Positions 58,493 through 64,000 of a stretch of DNA of 64,000 bases are shown here, piece by piece. Every line of letters begins with the position of its first letter. Position 1 is the stretch's first letter. This stretch comes from an uncultured beta proteobacterium (lineage in GTDB: Bacteria > Pseudomonadota > Gammaproteobacteria > Burkholderiales > Casimicrobiaceae): assembly GCA_963739745.1 (NCBI GenBank), contig CAVUCJ010000010.1, forward strand, positions 35,983-99,982, given 5' to 3'. The position numbers were made by a program, and so were the translations under genes. Below the pieces are notes generated by a model. The model was not told where the DNA came from. It saw nothing but the letters and a program-made list of their open reading frames with translations, and ran no database searches.

Positions 58493-60247
58493 ATGGCTCG
58501 ATTGGCTGGAACATTGGGCGGTAACCCATTCCCCGCGCATTTCCACAGCAGTCGAGCATTGCGCTGTCTGCTGGTCGTGGGCGGCTTGTTGCTTGCGCTC
58601 ACCGCAACGGCACAGCCGGTTCACGACATTGCGCCGATATCCCCCGGTCAATACGCAGTCGCGTGCAGTAACGTCGAGCAGGACTTCACGCGGATCGCAG
58701 CAGGAGCATCGGCCGAGGACTATTGGGAGGGCAACACGGGACGATACGTGACCGATCTGCTCATCGATCCCGCCCACTCGTTCGTGGTTCAGGTGCCGAT
58801 CCCTGACGACTCGAATCTCTTCAGCAAATATGCCGGGGCCACGTTCCCGTACGCAAACCTGATTTGCTATCCCACCGATCCGGCCAATCCGCGCCCCGGA
58901 TATATGTTGCCCACCGGCAACGTGGTGCCGCACATGCAGCGCGGCGCGGAGCCACCGATCTTTCCGACCGGGAGCGACCGGTTTCCGATCCTGCTGTTCT
59001 CGAGCGGTCTCTCGGGCAGCCCGCTTTCCGGGGACTATCTCGAATCCCTGAAATTTCTGGCGAGTTTCGGCTACGTCGTCGTTGCTCCGTTTCACGGCGA
59101 TTCGCGCTTTGCCGACGTCAAACTCGAAGGTTTCGAGGATACCGTCTACGCGCTGCTTCACTACAAGGACTTTGTCGCCCTCCAGGCAGTGCGGCCGCTC
59201 TCGCTGTCGGTGGCCCTCGATGCCGTGCTCAACCATCCGGACTTTCGCGACCACGTCGATGCTGCCAGCGTCGGCGCATTCGGAGCGAGCATGGGCGGTG
59301 AATCCGTTCTTCTGATGGGCGGTGCTGCGCTGACCACCTCGGTAGGACAGTCGTCAAGCCGCGTACTGCTCGACTCCCGGCTCAAGGCGGCCGTCGGCTA
59401 CGTCCCCTATTTCGGCATCGATGTCTATCCTGCCTTCGGGCGCGACCTGAAAGGTCTGGATGGAGTGACGCTGCCATATCTTGCGATCAGCGGCACTGCG
59501 GACACCACGGCACCAATCAGCGTGACCGAACGCGGCATTCGCCGGCTCACCAATACGCGCCAGTTAGTAGCGTTGACTGGTCTGGAACACGGCTTCGATA
59601 GCCGGTATTCCGGGGAGATATTCACGTGGACGATCAAGTTTCTCGAAGGACAACTGTCGGGCGCACCCATTCCGCGGGCGGAGAGTGCGCGCATGACGTC
59701 CGTCATCGGAGGCATGGAGGACATCGAGCGGATCGACTACATGGCACCTACGCCGGTCCGCGTTATCGACGGTGCGCCCGTTGAGGCCGTCGTCGTCGAG
59801 TATTACAACGACGCCCTCGACCATTTTTTCATCACGGCCGAGCCCGCGGAGGCGGCGATGCTCGATGCCGGGATCATCGTGCCGGGCTGGATGCGCACCC
59901 ACTACGAGTTCAAGCTTCGCCCGCCGGGCGCCGAGGTGGGTCGGTCGGCCTGCCGGTTCTACGGAACTCCGCCGCTCGGCCCGAACTCGCATTTCTTCAC
60001 GATCGACTCCGCGGAATGCGCGCAGGTGAAAGCGAATCCGCTCTGGACGTACGAGGGGCTGGCGTTTACGGCCGATGCGCCTATTGAAGGCGACTGCGCA
60101 CCGGACCGGATCCCGGTGGTTCGCCTGTACAACAACGGGATTGGCGGGCAGGCCAGCCACCGCTACACCACCAGCCGCTACGAAATGCGCGCCTGGCAGG
60201 ACAGGGGATGGATCATTGAAGGCGCCGTCTTTTGCGCCATCCCTTGA
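58493..60247 (+). CDS. Exported alpha/beta hydrolase with a C-terminal triple-repeat module (DUF5648-like)
   Basis: FSSGLSG, FGASMGG nucleophile elbow, SGTAD and LEHGF; C-terminal VVEYYN..DHFFIT module. Confidence 0.8.
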   Translation: MARLAGTLGGNPFPAHFHSSRALRCLLVVGGLLLALTATAQPVHDIAPISPGQYAVACSNVEQDFTRIAAGASAEDYWEGNTGRYVTDLLIDPAHSFVVQVPIPDDSNLFSKYAGATFPYANLICYPTDPANPRPGYMLPTGNVVPHMQRGAEPPIFPTGSDRFPILLFSSGLSGSPLSGDYLESLKFLASFGYVVVAPFHGDSRFADVKLEGFEDTVYALLHYKDFVALQAVRPLSLSVALDAVLNHPDFRDHVDAASVGAFGASMGGESVLLMGGAALTTSVGQSSSRVLLDSRLKAAVGYVPYFGIDVYPAFGRDLKGLDGVTLPYLAISGTADTTAPISVTERGIRRLTNTRQLVALTGLEHGFDSRYSGEIFTWTIKFLEGQLSGAPIPRAESARMTSVIGGMEDIERIDYMAPTPVRVIDGAPVEAVVVEYYNDALDHFFITAEPAEAAMLDAGIIVPGWMRTHYEFKLRPPGAEVGRSACRFYGTPPLGPNSHFFTIDSAECAQVKANPLWTYEGLAFTADAPIEGDCAPDRIPVVRLYNNGIGGQASHRYTTSRYEMRAWQDRGWIIEGAVFCAIP

Positions 60248-60431
60248 TGCCGTTCGCCCATCTGCTCCTGGGAACTCCACTCAGTCGACAGACAACCTCG
60301 TCAACCCGACGGCAGGATTTGCGGAGCGCAGGGTGCCGTAACGCAGACGCGGGAGCGCGCCCGTCGCGGCGCTGCGCGACGGCGCGTGGGTGCAACGCAG
60401 CGCAGCGGCGATTGCAGCGGGTGTGTCGCGC

Positions 60432-61067
60432 CTAGCGCGCGCTCGCGGCCGGCAGTGCTGCGCCGGACTCCGCCTCGCGCAGCCTGGCGGCAACGCTCTC
60501 CCAGTCGACGAGGTGATCGAGAAAGGTCTCGACGAACGCCTTGCGCCGGTTCTGGTAATCCAGATAGTAGGCGTGCTCCCAGACGTCGCAGGTCAGCAGC
60601 GGCACGCGCTTGGAGGTCAGCGGATTGCCGGCGTCGGGGGTGCTGGTGACGGCCAGCTTGCCCTCGTCGAGCACCAGCCAGGCCCAGCCGCTGCCGAACT
60701 GGCCGACCGCGGTGTCGATGAACGTCTGCCGGAAATTGTCGTATCCGCCGAACGCGTCGCGCAGCCGCTTGTCGACGTCGCCGCCGGGACCCCCGCCACC
60801 GCCCGGCTGCATGCTGTGCCAGAAGAACGTGTGGTTCCAGACCTGCGCCGCATTGTTGAAGATCGTCCGCTCCTGCGGCTTGGCCTCCGAACTGCGCATG
60901 ATCTCTTCGAGCTGCAGGCGGGCGTATTGCTTGCCTTCGATGAGGTCGTTCAGTTTCTTGACGTAGGCGTCGTGATGCTTGCCGTAGTGGAATTCCATGG
61001 TCCGCTGCGAGATATGTGGCTCCAGCGCATTCATCGCGTAGGGAAGTTTCGGAAGTTGAAAACTCAT
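60432..61067 (-). CDS. sodB: Fe superoxide dismutase
   Basis: HYGKHH, NNAAQVWNHTFFW (Fe-type AQ signature) and DVWEHAYY motifs. Confidence 0.9.
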   Translation of the reverse strand: MSFQLPKLPYAMNALEPHISQRTMEFHYGKHHDAYVKKLNDLIEGKQYARLQLEEIMRSSEAKPQERTIFNNAAQVWNHTFFWHSMQPGGGGGPGGDVDKRLRDAFGGYDNFRQTFIDTAVGQFGSGWAWLVLDEGKLAVTSTPDAGNPLTSKRVPLLTCDVWEHAYYLDYQNRRKAFVETFLDHLVDWESVAARLREAESGAALPAASAR

Positions 61068-61500
61068 CGTCGTCTCCTCTGTCGATGCGGTTGAACATCC
61101 CGGCCGGTACGGCCGGCGGGCACTGCCGGGTTTGGCCCCGGGGGCGCGGCGCCGCCGCTCACCGCGTCTCCCATATTCGAGCTCCCGGCGGTGCTGCGGA
61201 TTGCGCAGGGCGTCGTTGCAGGCATGATCAATTGGCGTGCCCGTCCTGAAATGACTGCGCCGGATCGGTCGAGTTCAACCATCCTCAGAAGCGAATGCCC
61301 GATTGTCCGGCGCCCCCAAGGGCGGCCACGAAGACATTGCGCTCCGCGATCGGCCGGCAGGCGCCGCGCCCGGGCACGCGGCGTGCTCAACGCACAATGG
61401 CCGCGGCGAACGCCGCAGCGCGGCCGCCGATCCCGGCACCATCAGGTTCCGGTACGCGAGTCGCGCGGTCGCCATTTGGGCGTACGGTTCCGTTCGTTGA

Positions 61501-61953
61501 CAGTGGACGAAGGTCGAGAAAGCCACGACCCCGCTGCGACGCTGGGAGCGCAATCTGGACCGACCCGTTTCCTTGGTGGTGATGCCGGTTTTCGCCCTGG
61601 CCAATGCCGGCATCCCGATCGATCTGCAGGCGCTGTCCGGGCTGTGGTCTGACCATCTGACGCTGGGAATCGTCATCGGACTGCTGCTCGGCAAGGTGTC
61701 CGGGATCACGCTGATGGCTTGGCTCAGCCTGCGATTCGGAATCGGACGGTTGTCGACGGGTGTTCATTTGCGCCATATCGCGGGTATCGGACTGCTTGGG
61801 GGCATGGGCTTCACGATGTCGATATTCATCGCCAACCTGGGCTTTTCGACCGTGCCCGAAACACTCGTCGCGGCAAAGACAGCAGTCTTGCTCGCTTCTG
61901 TGCTTGCCGGGTTCTCAGGCTATCTATGGCTGCGCTATCAGGAGCATTTCTGA
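61501..61953 (+). pseudogene. nhaA: 5'-truncated NhaA Na+/H+ antiporter fragment
   Basis: TPLRRWE..., VMPVFALANAGI, GLLLGK..GI and GGMGFTMSIFIA.L.F; in-frame TGA directly upstream, no N-terminal part. Confidence 0.8.
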
Positions 61954-62068
61954 GACGCGGGGCAGCGTTCTGGAACCTCGTTGGACCCAATCCCGTTGCG
62001 CACCTCCTGGCCCCTGCTTTCGGCCGATTCCGGCAACGCCCTGCAGGCATCCTGTCATAAAAACCCGA

Positions 62069-62313
62069 GCCACGGCGGTGGGTGCCGTCGGAGGCGCGGC
62101 CGTTGGCGCGAACATCGATCGCGGCGGCCAAACGTACATTCAGAATGCCCAGCGCTGCGCAGCGGTGCCGGGATCGGCGCAGCCTTCGTACTGGGACGTT
62201 ACCTACGTGTTCCGCGGGGCGACGCATCGAGCGCAGCTGAGCTTCGCACCCGGACCCACCATCACCGTGAATCGGCGTGGCGAGCCCCGCGCATAGTTGT
62301 GTATTGTGTGTAC
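62069..62313 (+). repeat. About 243-bp direct repeat, copy B (orphan 3' end of the crystallin gene)
   Basis: Encodes ATAVGAVGGAAVGANIDR...RGEPRA*, with no start of its own. Confidence 0.88.
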
Positions 62314-62447
62314 TGTTTTTGATCAGAAAGCGCCGTCATCCAACACTTCGCGCCGGACTGTGCGTTTGCTTTGGTGAAGCCCAAACAGGCTAGGGCCCGG
62401 AGGGGCGCCGAGTTGCCGCCGCGCTTGGGCATTCGGTGGAGCGTCCG

Positions 62448-62475
62448 TTGACGCCTCTGCCCCCCGGGGTACAAT
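62448..62475 (+). promoter_or_regulatory. sigma70-type promoter TTGACG-N16-TACAAT
   Basis: Near-consensus -35/-10, 40 bp upstream of ATG 62515. Confidence 0.6.
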
Positions 62476-62514
62476 CATTTGCCCTCGCGGCCGCGGGCTC
62501 CAGAGGAGACACAA

Positions 62515-63351
62515 ATGCGTTCTTCGGCAATTTTCTGTGCTGCAGGCTTCGTTGGGCTTTTCGTTGCCGGTTGGCCCGGATTCGGTTTGGCCGCGGATCC
62601 TGTCCGCGGTTTCGAGCTCTTTCAGTCTGCGGAACATGGTCCGTGCAGCCTTTGCCACGGCAATCCGAAGGACAACAAGCTAAAGATACTGAATGGCGCG
62701 AACAATCCGGCCGCGATCCTCGCTGCTAACAAGAAAATCGGCGCGCCACCAACGACTCCAGATGTACTCGAAGATTTGGCGGCCTATCTGGGAACCTACG
62801 TTGCCGGCGCCGTCATCGTGCCACCGGCCGACCCTGTGCTGGCAGTCGAATATTTCCACTCGGTCTTCAACCATTACTTCGTCACAATCCTCCCGGCGGA
62901 GTTGGCTGCACTGGACAGCGGCCAGCAGACAGGCTGGAAACGCACCGGCAGGGTTTTTTACGCCTGGAAGTCGGCCGCCGATGCACCTCCCAGCGCGACG
63001 CCGGTCTGCCGTTTCTACATTCCGCCTGCAAATGGCGACTCACATTTCTATTCGGCGTCGCCTGCAGAATGCGCGATCGTAGACGCCCAGTTTCCGGCAT
63101 TCGACTACGAATCACCCGAAGTCATGTACGTGCTGTTGCCGGATCCTGTGACCGGTGCCTGCCCCGGCCTGAGTGCACCTGTATTCCGCCTGTGGAACGA
63201 CCCGGCGAGCCACGGACGCTCGGACAACAACCATCGGTTCACCACCGATACGACCACGCGTGCGCAGATGGTCGCGGCGGGATCGGTGCCCGAAGGCTAT
63301 GGTCCGAACGGAGTGAGCATGTGTGCGCCAATTCCTCTGCTGAAATTCTGA
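62515..63351 (+). CDS. Exported monoheme cytochrome c fused to the DUF5648-like C-terminal module
   Basis: Signal peptide, CSLCH, then LAVEYFH...HYFVT/CRFY..SHFY/RLWN..NHRFTT; GAGGAG RBS. Confidence 0.78.
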   Translation: MRSSAIFCAAGFVGLFVAGWPGFGLAADPVRGFELFQSAEHGPCSLCHGNPKDNKLKILNGANNPAAILAANKKIGAPPTTPDVLEDLAAYLGTYVAGAVIVPPADPVLAVEYFHSVFNHYFVTILPAELAALDSGQQTGWKRTGRVFYAWKSAADAPPSATPVCRFYIPPANGDSHFYSASPAECAIVDAQFPAFDYESPEVMYVLLPDPVTGACPGLSAPVFRLWNDPASHGRSDNNHRFTTDTTTRAQMVAAGSVPEGYGPNGVSMCAPIPLLKF

Positions 63352-63699
63352 TCGACCGCCCACCCCACTCGTGCCAGATACGCAGCAACGGGCGGAATGC
63401 AGTCGCGTTGCTTCCATTCCACCAGCGATTCCATTGCCCTGCCACCCATGTAATTTCCCTTTCGAAATTATGAATTGAGCAGGAAATCAGTGGGTCATTA
63501 CACCGAAGACGGTGGCGATTGATCCGCCGCGGCGGCAATGAGGGAATTTGATGTTGCCACCGGGTCAATCTGTCCGGCGCCAAGTCGTGGGAGTTTCGGC
63601 ATAAGGCGACCGGCAACTTGCTGGCCCTGGTGCTCGGCGTCACGGGCGTCAATGTCTCAGGTGCAAGGTGACTAGACTCGCCGCTGCAAATGAAGAATT

Positions 63700-64000
63700 G
63701 TATCAACGTTATCTAAAGTATAACGAGATAGTAAATGTACAATAAAAAACCCAAATTTCTTATTTTGATAAAATAGTTCAATGACTTGATCGCGATGAAT
63801 ACTACAGATTTCACTCTCCTCGCTGCAAATCGCGCTAGCCGATCGTCTTGTGTAAGCAGTAAATACACCGACCTCTCCAAAAATTGTGCCTTTGTCTAGA
63901 TGCTTATTTATTTCTGGAATCGTGACAACTCCGTTCTGAATGTAATAGAGTTTTTCTGCAAATTCGCCCTTTTGAAACAGGACCTCTCCTTTTGCATGCT
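63700..64000. other. AT-rich non-coding tract
   Basis: Runs such as aataaaaaacccaaatttcttattttgataaaatag; abrupt drop from the GC content of the rest of the window. Confidence 0.6.

Noticed and set aside
1-64000. CRISPR arrays, tRNA/rRNA genes, integrases or phage genes
   Set aside because: I saw no regularly spaced repeats or recognisable motifs. This was by eye only, so a short ncRNA could be missed.

Overview
GC-rich (roughly 65% by eye) bacterial window, probably from a Betaproteobacterium (inferred from the Bug/TctC protein and the overall gene repertoire). Nearly all of it is a general-stress and stationary-phase island: Ku/LigD NHEJ, TopIB, a YdaD-like SDR, a YflT-like protein, CHRD, PRC-barrel proteins, two ferritin-like proteins, BON, OsmB-like, entericidin, three DUF1328, DUF3309, a PLD-VTT/EEP module, MgtC and a metallothionein-like protein. 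It also carries a tightly coupled 15-gene respiratory operon: a three-subunit gluconate-2-dehydrogenase-like enzyme, alternative complex III and an A2-type caa3 oxidase. A regulatory set is embedded: a CHASE3 kinase, a NarL/GacA-type response regulator, a stand-alone REC protein and a REC-less sigma54 activator. The main observation is a recurrent intergenic palindrome, GTMRGA-N4-TCYKAC, with about 14 copies upstream of the stress genes. In 10 cases an xAnnnT -10-like hexamer starts 61-62 bp from the distal edge of the site. One perfect copy precedes the sigma54-activator/response-regulator locus, and a strong sigma54 promoter precedes the respiratory operon. Together these suggest a two-tier general-stress regulon that I cannot match to a described system; this is inference and untested. 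The window also has one IS630 element, two local duplications (267 bp and about 243 bp), several pseudogenes or frameshifts, and an AT-rich right end. I saw no rRNA, tRNA or CRISPR array. Start codons were chosen by hand; family names come from motif recognition, not database searches.
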